NCBI GenBank assembly: GCA_030141605.1
Contig: JAQGDQ010000379.1
Coordinates: 161,673 to 225,672 of the forward strand
Origin: Tubiluchus corallicola
Taxonomy: Eukaryota; Animalia; Priapulida
Direction of reading: 5' to 3'
DNA: 64,000 bases
Below, piece by piece: positions 52,976-64,000 of this stretch (positions are counted from its first letter, which is position 1; each line of letters starts with the position of its first letter). Position numbers and translations under genes: made by a program. The notes below the pieces were generated by a model. It was not told the DNA's origin. It did not search any database and saw only the letters and a program-made list of their open reading frames with translations.

Positions 52976-54412
52976 ATCTAGAATTTTTTGAACACCTAAT
53001 CCTATTACTAATATATTTGCACTTTATGCTATAAAACTGTTACTTGGAAGCAGCTTTGCTAGAACTCACTCATCCATTCACTAATCAGGCTCAGTGTTGC
53101 TTAATCTTAGTCACTGAATACACGTAGAACCATTCATTTAACGTGGTCACCAGCTCAAAATTTCAAAGTAAACGTGCATTTTGCACCACCCCAAAAACTG
53201 TGTGTAAACGTCATTTATATATGAGCCATTTTAATGCTTCTCTAGGCATTTTTTGAGGCATATTCCACTTTTTTGGTGCTGTGTTATTACTTCTAAATGT
53301 TAGTACATAAATGGAATATAATATTTACTGTGTTACATTTCAGTTTGTATTGGATTTGAATTGCTATATAATCTTTGTATTCAAGAATTAAGGTGTACAT
53401 AAGCCTGATAATGAGCTTACAATTTCCTTGTGCTACTAGGGTATCTGAGATGTTTGCGAAACCAATAATATGTGAAATAGCTTTTGGCTATTCTTGAATT
53501 TGCTTTTTTTCAGTTACACATTGAATATTATTGAAATATTAGTGTCTTTGATGACAGTAGGTATGAGCCAGGTTGTTCTGTCAATTTTTACCAACTTACA
53601 ATTATTTTTCTTTGCCTGTGATAATTTAAAAAGTCCGTCCGTACTATTAATTATAGTTTATTTTAAGTGTATATAGTATTGATAATAGTATTGCAGTGAT
53701 TGTTAATATGCTGTGTGGAAGTATTAAATTAATAATTAAAGAATATTATTGTGTGATATTACTTATTTTATTAGTTTACCATTTGCCTTGTATTCAGTTA
53801 TTTAACATTGTTTCGGTTCTTTATTAATTTAATACCAAAAAATATTTTCAATTGTTTCTTTGTTCTTCAAATCCAAAAATAGGTTTCATAAAGGTTCCAG
53901 TGAATACAACGTTTTCACACATTTAGATTGATTTTATAAATAGTGCTGATTGGGTATAGAGCTCATTAGTTCCATCAGTCTGAGAAATTGTTGTACAAGA
54001 TCACATCTTAGCTGGCTTAGTCTATGTATTTATCAACTATTTATATATTGACAATCTGAATTCCTTGTTTTTAGCAACATTAATTGAATAAAAAAATGAA
54101 TAATAGCAGAATCGGGCTTAATTATTCTAATTAATGACCACAAATATCTTTTTCAATTATGCGGCATGTGATTGTCATACTAAAAATATATGTTAGGCCC
54201 TATATTTATACAGTTTAAATATTACATTTATATATTTGTAACGCTAAAATTATAAGCAGTTAAACGGTGTAGTAGTACATGCCTTCTGTTTACATAAGTA
54301 AAAGCTTGTTTATGGTTACGGTGTTTTCCTGTAGCAAGGATACCAGTTGGCATTTTTCCAGTGCTTTAAATCTTGCGCTGCACTCTGCTTGACCCGGAAT
54401 CGTGCGTCTGAG

Positions 54413-55270
54413 ATGACGTCATGGACCCCGTGCTTTCGCTATGCGTTCCAGGGAAAGCGTTAGCCGCCAGTCAAACCCTTGTACGTGGCTTTATGAGAAT
54501 AGAAGAGTTTTGTTAGTACCTCTCATTTTTGAATAAGATTTGATGACGCAGGTTTATTTGAGATCATCATTTTTATGATAAAAATTATTGCTGATATTCG
54601 TAAGTGATCGATCATTACAGATATCTATTTTATTTAGATTATAGTTTAATTAAATTTGGCATAAATTTTGACCTAATTGCAGCTTAATTATACCTATATT
54701 GTTTTATTTTTCAGCTCTTTACGTCTTATTGTCTAAGTGCTGCTAAATTATATTTTTATCGTAAATAACTAAATTTATTCTTGTTATATTTTCAACTAGT
54801 TTTTCTAATTCTAGAAATAACCTTAGATTTCATCCATATAGGCCTACTACAGCTTACATTTGTCCATTTTTCTGACATTCCCTACACTATGTTTTGAAAT
54901 TTAGATCATTCGTGTTTCTACTACTACGTTCGCTAATCTAGGTTGACTAAAATAGTTAATATATAAGCAGGCATACAATTACAATTAGCTTGAATTTAAA
55001 CTGTACAGTAATTAGATAATATACAACTTAATCAACATGAGTGGTTTGTAATACATTGAAATAATAATAATATCATTATTCCCAGAAAACGGTCTTTAAT
55101 TTTATTGTGCAACATCCAAATTTTATAAGGTCACGAGAAGGCCAGGACACACCTTCTTTTCGGCCAATCAGCGATGCTGTTATGGAGCGTACGTGTTTAC
55201 AACCAAAGCTAGCAGCTGCGTCGGCGTACTCATGCTGTAGACGTCACGCAGTGTACATTACTAGGTAAAT
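54413..55270 (+). promoter_or_regulatory. Candidate promoter/enhancer with CRE and CCAAT motifs upstream of the 57150 ORF
   Basis: ATGACGTCAT 54413-54422, TGACGCA ~54544, CCAAT 55164-55168, GACGTCA 55240-55246, locally raised CpG, donor-like AG|GTAAAT at ~55264. Confidence 0.35.
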
Positions 55271-55686
55271 TTTCAGTGCACTGTGATTTAACTTTGGAAA
55301 TAAAAATTTCAGACAGTAAGAGTATGTACGTGTTGTTGGTACATAGTGATGTTGCTTTAACGGGACGAGGGTGTTTTCACCCTAGTGCAGGGTCGTAGTT
55401 TACTTTCTTTTACACAAGTCATTTACACTACACAGAAAAATACTCGGGCCGTAGGGAACTCTTTCTAAATCCGGATCTCCTGCAAACAATCACATAGCCG
55501 GAGAGATCACTAGAGATAGTGGATTTCTGTGACTTCTTTACCTCCTTTTTTGGTTACGGAAGATGCAGTCATCCAGAACTCAGAATAATTTTGTAATGTA
55601 AACACACCCGTCCACACATCTACATGTAGTGTAAGCAGAAGTAGAAGTGTTTAAAAATGGACCATTAAAGATCTGAAAGGGATTAA

Positions 55687-56319
55687 GAGCAGACGGTTTA
55701 GTCTAGTGGTAATATACGGCCAGGTAATATCACAGATTTTAAAAATGGTGCCTGCTGGCATGTGGTATTTGGGGTAAAAGTGGAGTAATAATAAAACTGG
55801 GGTAATGTGACAGACTTCTTGTATTGTACAGTAATACGTGAACATAATTTAAAGCTTACAAAGCCACAAGTTTGATTCATTGTGCATTTTTGCAGTTTTG
55901 CATGTTGAGTAACAAATGTATGGAACTTTTTGCCATTTAAAGTTGTAAATGCCCCTAAATTAACTACTTTTAAAACTTTTACTCACAGCCATTTCTACCA
56001 AAACTCGTAATGTTTTTTATAATTGTACTTTCTGTTAATTGTTATTGTCATAGATAGTACTAATGTTTACACTTACGTTATTGTGCTGTATGATATGCTG
56101 TACTATGTTGCCTTTCCATTACGGGACTACTTTGAGTAAATTAATTTATTGTATTTTGTTGTAATTTTTGGTTACCAGTCGAACTACAGTTACCATAAAC
56201 CATAATAATAATAATAATAATAGTCTCTGTTTTGTAGTTGTACTTTGTTATTTGGAGCTATGAGCTAATATTAATTGTCTGCCCAAAAGCCGACTTTAAA
56301 TAAAGATTATTATTATTAT
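55687..56319 (+). mobile_element. Degenerate MetaSINE-like copy interrupted by a ~400-bp insertion
   Basis: 55687-55795 matches the head/core and 56220-56319 the tail (gagctaat..gcccaaaagccg..taaataaagattattat) of the SINE at 58233-58511. Confidence 0.6.
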
Positions 56320-57149
56320 CTAGGCTGCATCCTATATCTTCGCTCTAGTATAAAAAAGATTTCTTTCACTCATCCATGTGACAGAAAGAGAAATCTCAAA
56401 CAGACGACCAGCTTTTTTCAATTTTTGCCATAGAACTGAAGTTATTAATATTGTGGTTTATATAATATCATGAAGCTACATATCACATTAAACTATTTCT
56501 CGATTAAAAACCACTGTTAAAAATGATTGTTTGTTTTGAGTGCTTCATACAATTAGTAAATTCACTTAAAAGTTGTGATCATTTCACGTCTGGGTGCTTC
56601 CATTTTGAATGCCCTTTTTCCACCAATGACGTCGTTCACCGACTGAAGAAAAGCAGCTCACTGTGAATTTCCATAAGAAGCATAATAAGTTTCTATAAAA
56701 AATTAGAGCTAATTTTGAGACATTTTAGCATGAACATGATCAGCTGCAGGAGTTTGAATTAGTTTAAGCAGTGCTTGCTTACAGAAAGCCACGGTACGCT
56801 TACCAAAAGTAATGAAGTCAACCATTAATGAAGATTTTTATACATCAGTAGTATAAATTAACTTTATGCTTTATAGACAATTTTTTGCAAATTTGTTTGT
56901 TATGTTGTTCTAACTTAGGTGATAACAGTAAAATTAAACTCAACATGCTAAATGACTTATATCCTTTCCTTTAATTTTGGCCAACTACATGTATATATTT
57001 ACAGGAATAGCCAGACAACATTTTAAGGTTTCTCACCTTTCTTCCTTTTAAAATTTATGGAAAGTGTCACATAAAATTGTATTGCTTTTCATTGACAAGA
57101 TAATTATCATTAGTATGATTTTCAGGATGTGATCGTGTACTACCCGAGG

Positions 57150-57653
57150 ATGTCCACTGCTGTGCCTACGAACAAGCACCGACCAGCAGGTCAGCGGAAT
57201 TCTCTTAGGAGAAAGATAAGTCTTCCAGAAGAATGGTGGTGGGAAGTGGATGGATATGCAGGATTGTGTTTTAATAGTGACTGCTCTTCATTCGAAGGAT
57301 ATTTCATTACCAAACAGGATTATTTTTGCTTGCAAGGAAAGCCTGCTGGTGCCTGTGGTGGTGATACTATTGTTGATATTGATTTGATAGAAATTGACAG
57401 CGCTCACGTGCAGCAGTTGCGCACAGTAACGTTGAAAACAACAGTACATGGATGTGAGCTAAAAAGTGAAAACATAGACTTTAAACCAGACAAGCTCATG
57501 ACTGGTGCCAAAGCAGAATTGTTCATAAAGCGAAATTTTTCACATAAACTGACACATCAACACTGTCAAGTGTGCACCGGACCAATGCACATTACGATAA
57601 AGAGATGTAAGGCAGAGGAACGCTGCAGTTTTCCTGCACAGTATATTTTATGA
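57150..57653 (+). CDS. Hypothetical 167-aa Cys-rich protein, single coding exon
   Basis: Open frame with coding-like composition in AT-rich context; acceptor ttttcag at 57125 just upstream; ATG in aggATGT; no family recognised. Confidence 0.6.
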   Translation: MSTAVPTNKHRPAGQRNSLRRKISLPEEWWWEVDGYAGLCFNSDCSSFEGYFITKQDYFCLQGKPAGACGGDTIVDIDLIEIDSAHVQQLRTVTLKTTVHGCELKSENIDFKPDKLMTGAKAELFIKRNFSHKLTHQHCQVCTGPMHITIKRCKAEERCSFPAQYIL

Positions 57654-58232
57654 AGCTTAGAATGATTGAAAATTTCAACTTCTCTCTCAATTAAGTATAA
57701 ATTTTCAAGTGATATGTAACTTGTTAACACCTTTATGACATTTAAGCAATTTAAATTTAACTGTAGGCCTGTTCATTAGAATGTTTTTTTGCACTCAGCT
57801 TTAGCTGGGGATGGTGATCCTTAGATTAGTTTTGTTTGTAAAATACATATAGTGTATGAATTAGTTAACACAAAGGTTGAATTTAATATTTTGTTTAAGT
57901 TATGGTGTTTAATGGTTATCTAGCTTACACTTATTGCCTGTTTTATGTACTTAATTTATTTTAATTAATTTCTTTTAATATTTTTAATTTGTTCATGGAA
58001 ATAAGATTTCTAAACATGGTACAGATGGCTAAAAATGTAATTACTGTACTGAGCAAATTCTACATGAGTGAAGTCAATATAATAAATTGCAATACTAAAC
58101 TTTTAATTTTACTGTGAACAATTAAGCACTTGGTAGGGTATTGAGGCAAATCATTAACTCAAATTTATATTAGTTCACATGTTCTGTTTCATATATTAAA
58201 CGAGGTGCACTCATTTGAGTATTGCATTTTTA

Positions 58233-58511
58233 GACCAGATAGTTTAGTCTAGTGGCAACGCGTCTGCTTTCCGTCTAGAAGGTAGTGAGTTCGATACAGT
58301 GACTGGGTCAAACCAAAGACTTTAAAAATGGTACCTGCTGCTGCCCTGCCTGGTGCATGGTATTTAGGGTTAAAATAGGGTAATAAGAATCTCTGTTATG
58401 TAGGTGTAGTTTGTTATTTACAGTCGGCAATAACAACTCTTTGAGCTAATGTTAATTGCCCAAAAGCCGGGTTTAAATAAAGATTATTATTATTATTATT
58501 ATTATTATTAT
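58233..58511 (+). mobile_element. tRNA-derived SINE with Meta-type central domain and (ATT)n tail
   Basis: A box TAGTCTAGTGG, B box GAGTTCGATAC, core ggtcaaaccaaagactttaaaaatggtacctgctgctgccctgcctgg resembling the recalled MetaSINE domain, AATAAA then (ATT)n. Confidence 0.75.
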
Positions 58512-59100
58512 AAGCTTGAATGTAGTTTGGTACATGCTGTTAGAGCATTTTCACAACACAATATTAGTGTAAAATGTAGCATGAAAAACACTTGCTTTTA
58601 TTAGTCAACAATTATAAAGCACTTGGAGTTCATTTATAAAATTACACTAAAGCTATGCTTGTGCAGCAAAAAAGTATAGCAAGCACAAGAGAAACCAGAA
58701 ATCAGCTCAATGATAATTGTAAAACTTTTTGTGGTGTCTAAAACAAAGTAATTCATGGTTAGTAAAAGCAGTGATTAATAAATTACAAGTTTTAATAATT
58801 TATCCCAACTATAAAGTTACAAAAATAACTTGCGATTAGTGAGCCTATAGCAACAAATGTTCTCATTGGAGAGTAAATTTCTATAAACACAACATACAAC
58901 ACCTATTAATTTCATACCAGTCATCATAATAAACTACGAAAATATGATCAAATAAGTTTTTATATACAAAAATAACACTTGATTAATTTTGTTTATCATC
59001 ACTGATTAATTTTAAAATTCATTTACCTGAATATCATGAATAAAATAATGTTTAGTATTTTATTGGTAGCAATTCCTCACCTTATAAATTCATAAACTAG

Positions 59101-59853
59101 TCATACATTGCTGTAGTTTTGACTAGCACACTCTTGATAAGGTGGAGGTGGTGTTGCCAACCTTTGCCCTGAAAGACCATGTTCAACAACATCCTGGAAA
59201 GTCTCGTAGCTGTTCCCTCGTTGAAATCTTTCGTAATCCTCTGGAGGGTCATGCAGGATTACCTCAGCATACGCAGGTGGAAACGGTGTTACTGTTACCT
59301 CACCTACATCGTTAACTGATGATGATTGCACATTGTCATTAGCACCTACAGGCTCATCTCTACTAAGGTACATTTGCCAATCAGAAGATGGCATAGCTGT
59401 GGCTAATAAACTACCACCAGGAAATGTACCATATTGTCTTTGAGTTTCTGGTGATTCACTTAAACTAGAACTTTCATCATGTGCTGTTCTTTCATGTAAA
59501 TCTCTACGAGCAATCTCACTTGGTCTGGTAGACGTGTAAATGGAATATGGCGGAGGCGAAGATGGCAACGGTTCATCCTGTTGTGAAGGAGAAGCGTTAA
59601 CAACAAGCGTTCTTGAGGCAGATGCACACTGCCCATTTCTGTGAAATAATCTGCCCCATACGCTAACCTGCACAGGCTTTGCTGATGGTGGATCGGGCTC
59701 GCGTAATGCAGGGCAAGTTCGAAGCTGGCGCTCTCTTTCTAAGCGTCTTTCACGGCGTTTGTAACTTACAATCAAATACCACACCAACAAAAATACAAAA
59801 ACATTTAGTAAAACTGCAACTACTATAACTATTATGATCCAGACTTGCATCAT
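59101..59853 (-). CDS. Single-pass membrane protein with three PPxY motifs (candidate NEDD4-family/WW-domain adaptor), intronless
   Basis: 250-aa ORF; N-terminal hydrophobic helix followed by KRRERR; PPPY, PPAY, PPPPY; C-terminus SNV. Confidence 0.8.
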   Translation of the reverse strand: MMQVWIIIVIVVAVLLNVFVFLLVWYLIVSYKRRERRLERERQLRTCPALREPDPPSAKPVQVSVWGRLFHRNGQCASASRTLVVNASPSQQDEPLPSSPPPYSIYTSTRPSEIARRDLHERTAHDESSSLSESPETQRQYGTFPGGSLLATAMPSSDWQMYLSRDEPVGANDNVQSSSVNDVGEVTVTPFPPAYAEVILHDPPEDYERFQRGNSYETFQDVVEHGLSGQRLATPPPPYQECASQNYSNV

Positions 59854-60239
59854 GTAATACTGATGTTAAACTACCATGTAAAAATAACCATGGAGATAAA
59901 CTACATTCTTATGGTATTGCTAAATGGCCAACAGTAAGAAATAAAAAAAATTATGTATTTATTATTATTTCATTGCTCTATGCCTTGCAAGCAGTCACAA
60001 TACATTAGTAACCAGTCAGAAAATCATCATTTAGTGCATTAATTCCCACAGAAAGTAAAATTTTTCAACAGTCAATCAGTTCTATGAAACATTCACCAAG
60101 CTTGCAAATCGAAGGTGGGTACTGTGCACAGTTAAAAAATACTATGATAATTCAATAGTTCTTTAATGTTTACTAATTTAGATGTTTGCAAAAAAAAAAC
60201 TCCACACAAAGAAAAACAAAATGATGACTACATGATGAC

Positions 60240-60515
60240 TTATAGTTTTCTCTCATTGCTTCCAAAAATAGTCCTAGGTATATCTTTCTTTTGCTTCAAG
60301 CTGGTAACTGCAGTAGGATCTTTTTCAGACGTTTCTGCTAATATACGTTCATCTCTTTCCTCCTGGATGCTTTCCCGGTAAGGAGTGCTCAAATCTCCAC
60401 CACGAACCCAATACTCTGCATTGTATCCAACCGCTCCAATCACAGCTGCAGCTGGCAAGACTATATATGGAGCATATACTCTAATGGTATTCCACAGTAC
60501 AAATAGAGGAATCAT
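60240..60515 (-). CDS. SMIM12: Small integral membrane protein 12 (UPF0767) homolog, 91 aa
   Basis: MIPLFVLWNTIRVYAPYIVLPAAAVIGAVGYNAEYWVRG..SIQEERDER..KDPTAVTSLK aligns with recalled human SMIM12 ([39 protein letters not shown]); acceptor ttttatag at 60589-60590. Confidence 0.9.
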   Translation of the reverse strand: MIPLFVLWNTIRVYAPYIVLPAAAVIGAVGYNAEYWVRGGDLSTPYRESIQEERDERILAETSEKDPTAVTSLKQKKDIPRTIFGSNERKL

Positions 60516-60819
60516 ATCAAGATATCGCACTGCATTGATTATTGTTCACAGAAGACTGAAGAACTTTCAATTGCGACTATTCTGCATTCTATAAAAGAAG
60601 TGCATACATTTTTATATACATTAAAAATAAAATGGTGATGGTACTAAAGTGTAAATGAACTAGCAGTTAGACCTAGCCATACTTTGTGTACCGCAAAACA
60701 TACTGAAAACTAAGTGAACAAAGGTAGTCCAAAACATCCAAAACTGCAATTTTTGGATATTTTGGCAATGGTTATGTAGATGAATTACTTCTATTTTGAG
60801 CACTGAAATCTGTATTTTA

Positions 60820-61045
60820 AGTTCTAAATGGGATTGTACGAGATCAACAGTTAAATACAGAAGATACAGGCAAGACATAATCCAGATCTTCAGAATCCTG
60901 AAGGTATTGATCGAACAGAAAGTAATAAACATTTTGAATTTCAGACCCATTCATAGGACAACAGGGCATTCGCTTAAAATCAATAAAACTGCATCAAAAT
61001 GGATAAGAAGACAAAAACTCTTTGCATTGCAGCCCTATGCACTAT
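60820..61045 (+). mobile_element. CR1 LINE 3' fragment
   Basis: KYRRYRQDIIQIFRILK..RTTGHSLKINK..RRQKLF motif. Confidence 0.65.
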
Positions 61046-62420
61046 GAATTTTATTTCACACATCAAAAAATACAATATAAAACACATTAATAAATTTAAA
61101 ATAAAATAAATTGAGTAGTGCGAGGTGAGTGTATGACCATATGGTCATTAACACACTCACCTTACTTAAATGAAAAAATGATTATAATTATGCATGCTTC
61201 TGTAGATAACTTAATAATGTAAATAAGGATGAAGTAAATGATGTAATAATAGCCATAGTATAAGAGCAATAAACCTGAAAGTTGAGAAAGGAAAACATAA
61301 TATGTAATTACGACTTTGAGTGAGCCTTAGAGAGAGAAAAATTTTTTAAATAGTTACGAATTTGAATTACCTGATTATCTGTCAATGCACCATTTACTTT
61401 TATTACAATGCACCATATTGCTTACATATACAATTATATACATATACACATATATGTACCCAATTTAAGTCGGGGAGAAGAGATTAAATTATATATTATA
61501 CTTGTATAAATACCTATAATTGTATAGAACATTGAAATATAATTGATGGTAGTAATGTAGCCATCATAACTATTAAAGATAGGCTATGGGGAGGGGGGAA
61601 AATTATAAGAATATAAGTGATTTATTAACAAAATTAATGCTACAATAATACATTCAAAATTTTTTGTATCATGAGTAAAATAATGTTGATTATATGTGGG
61701 TGAAGAGAGGTAATATTATAAGTTGTTATAACCAAATCATTTTATAAATATGGCTATTAGGAACAATCGCAATACCATAATATGCATATAATATTATGTA
61801 TAATGAAGGGAGAGGGGCATTCATTGGCAAAGTATGATTCTTAATCGAAATTAAAACTAAGATAATATATTCGATTATACTATGTGAATGATAATGGTAC
61901 TTTTTTTCACATAAATTAATTGGTCAACTAATCAAGCAAATACTCTGCTGGTTATAAGCTAAGAGCATTGAAGGGCTTATTTTCCAAGCGGAAACAGATA
62001 CAGATATAGGCTGTGATGAATGAATAATTTCATTTTGATTGATTTATACCTTTTATTAATAAAAGTAACAAAAGTCGTAAAGATACCCATTAGTACTAGT
62101 GCAAAAAGACACATGTGCACAAAAAAGAAGGAAAACCTCTGGTCTCCTACACCAATGAATTAAAAATATCTCATATTGCTTGGCAGCTATTTTTAAAGAA
62201 GTAAAGGAAATGATTGTCTTGGGCACACTATTCCACAAAATAACTCCATTGTGCTGTAAGGTATTTAAGCCATACGCTGTGTTAAATCGTGTTTGAAAAT
62301 AGTGTCCCATACTGGAAGACCTAGTATAGTGAGAGTGAACATCTTTGATTAAGGTAAAGTAGTTAGTATATAGTTCAGGCAACTGCCGGTTATTAAACTT
62401 ATACATGAATTTAAATATAA
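61046..62420 (-). mobile_element. L2-group (Crack/Daphne-like) LINE 3' end with long AT-rich 3'UTR and terminal stem-loop
   Basis: ORF 62056-62406 MYKFNNRQLPELYTNYF..VHSHYTRSS..TLQHNGVILWNSVP; hairpin at 61123-61162; AATAAA on minus at ~61050. Confidence 0.65.
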
Positions 62421-62459
62421 TGGTGTTGCATGGTCTCTGTAACTGGCGAAAGTCATGTA

Positions 62460-63340
62460 TTTAAGAACGCGTCCGCGAGAAGACCATGCAAAATCGAAAA
62501 ATTCCGGCACAAGGCTAGGTAACCGATTCGGACCAAAGTTCGGGTATGAGGTCCATTAGTCACTAGTATTCACTATGTGAATCCGTTTGGTCCAACTCCT
62601 CATAGTAGCAGAGATACGGCATAGGCCGATTTTCATGAAAAAATACCTATTTTTCTCTATTTTTTACTCATATTTGAAGGATTAGCCATGCAGCGACCAC
62701 TGAGTTTGAATAGATCTGACTCTGCACAGTATTGGATCTTGTTATCTTCTCCAAAATGACATTTCGACTTTTGTCCCAAACCCCCCTCTTTCGGCTCTAC
62801 TGGGGGTCTTTAAGCTCGCATTACGCACAAGATGAAAATACTCAGTCATTTCAAAGTCTTATATCTCACCCACTGCGGGGCGGGGACAAAAATATCGATA
62901 TGTATGTGAATAGAGCATCCCATCCCACTATGCTGTAGTGACAATTTTGATGGAGCGAATTTCCACCATATTATAAATGACCTCTGAAAGAGGCATATAT
63001 CAGGGTGAAAATATAGGTAACAACTTTCATCAAAAAGCTTCGTGTAGATAAACATGAGTTGTCAAATCTTGTCAAAATACTTCAAAACGTCATAAATATT
63101 CATCTTTGGCAACTAGGGGCCTGGCCAGCACATTGGTTAAACTACCGACAGGATTGGATTCCAGCATTCAAGATGGCGGCCACTGCTGAACTAAAATGTT
63201 CGTTTTCTGGGCTGTTTACCAGCGTTAAATGCGGTATTCTGACTAGTTATCCGCACGAAACGAATATTGTGAATCTATTAGCCTGTACCAAAGACACTGG
63301 ACCGCATTTATAGCGCTTCCATCTTCAAAAAAATGAAATA
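62460..63340. mobile_element. Possible non-autonomous DNA transposon fragment
   Basis: Compositional shift right at the end of the LINE fragment, starting at a TTAA; contains caagatggcggcc; termini not resolved. Confidence 0.3.
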
Positions 63341-64000
63341 TCTACGGAATGGAAATTGCTTCTTGCAAGGACTGGAAATAGTTTTATGTACTGTTTATTT
63401 TCTATGCTTTGTAAATGTTATGTACAGGTTATTACTTAGTTATTACTCATTGTCTTACATAGGCGTACAAGCCAGGACACAAAGAAAATTGCCTTAAATC
63501 TGAGCGAATGCCCAAAAAATATGGGACAGACTTCCCCCAAAATATCATTTGTCCGGTGATTTTTTGACTGTAAAACATTGAAAATTTTTGTGCCTTTCAA
63601 TCATTCAATCGCACTATTAATATTTCTTGTCAGAAGTATCGATTTTGTGCCACAAATAAATTTTGGGCGAAGAAAAATTTTCTGAGCTAAATATCACCGC
63701 CATCCCCCTAGAAGCGGCCCATGCGCTTATATTGTCTCATGTTTAGACTGTAAGATTTTCGCTTTATCACTTTCCCTATGATATATTTGTCTATATTTCT
63801 GTATCTATCTTCTAGAGATAATCTACCTGTATCGATAATTCTTTCTCTATTATTTAGATGTTATGGTTTTGATTACATGTACTACTCTTCAGTGATAGGA
63901 TTATGCTGCTACAATAGGAGAGTATTTTGGACTTAGAGAAATTAATTCTGACTGAGTTTTGTAGTTTTTCATTTTTGTACTGATATTCATAATCTTCTAT

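Noticed and set aside
63169-63181. YY1-like CAAGATGGCGGCC as the SMIM12 promoter
   Set aside because: Lies in a probable transposon fragment; no supporting first exon or donor identified.

Overview
AT-rich metazoan (invertebrate-like) genomic DNA with GT-AG spliced genes, reconstructed by hand with exon phases checked. In order: the 5' part of MPDZ/PATJ (minus; L27 + PDZ1; continues beyond position 1), a nested repeat cluster containing a young 5'-truncated R2-clade non-LTR retrotransposon outside rDNA (RT region carries a 508-bp duplication around a 138-nt G/T-only spacer), BRPF1/peregrin (plus, 15 coding exons), DYNC2LI1 (plus, start exon unresolved), an unrecognised 167-aa Cys-rich ORF, an intronless single-pass PPxY membrane protein and SMIM12 (both minus, 386 bp apart). 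Introns and intergenic DNA hold MITEs, tRNA-derived SINEs, CR1/L2 remnants, minisatellites and a Penelope-type minimal hammerhead ribozyme motif. Best leads: the SMIM12/PPxY pair (poly(A) signal directly followed by a splice acceptor), the non-rDNA R2 insertion, the hammerhead, and a duplicated BRPF1 terminal acceptor. No CRISPR, rRNA or intact tRNA seen. Family assignments rest on recalled motifs, not database searches.
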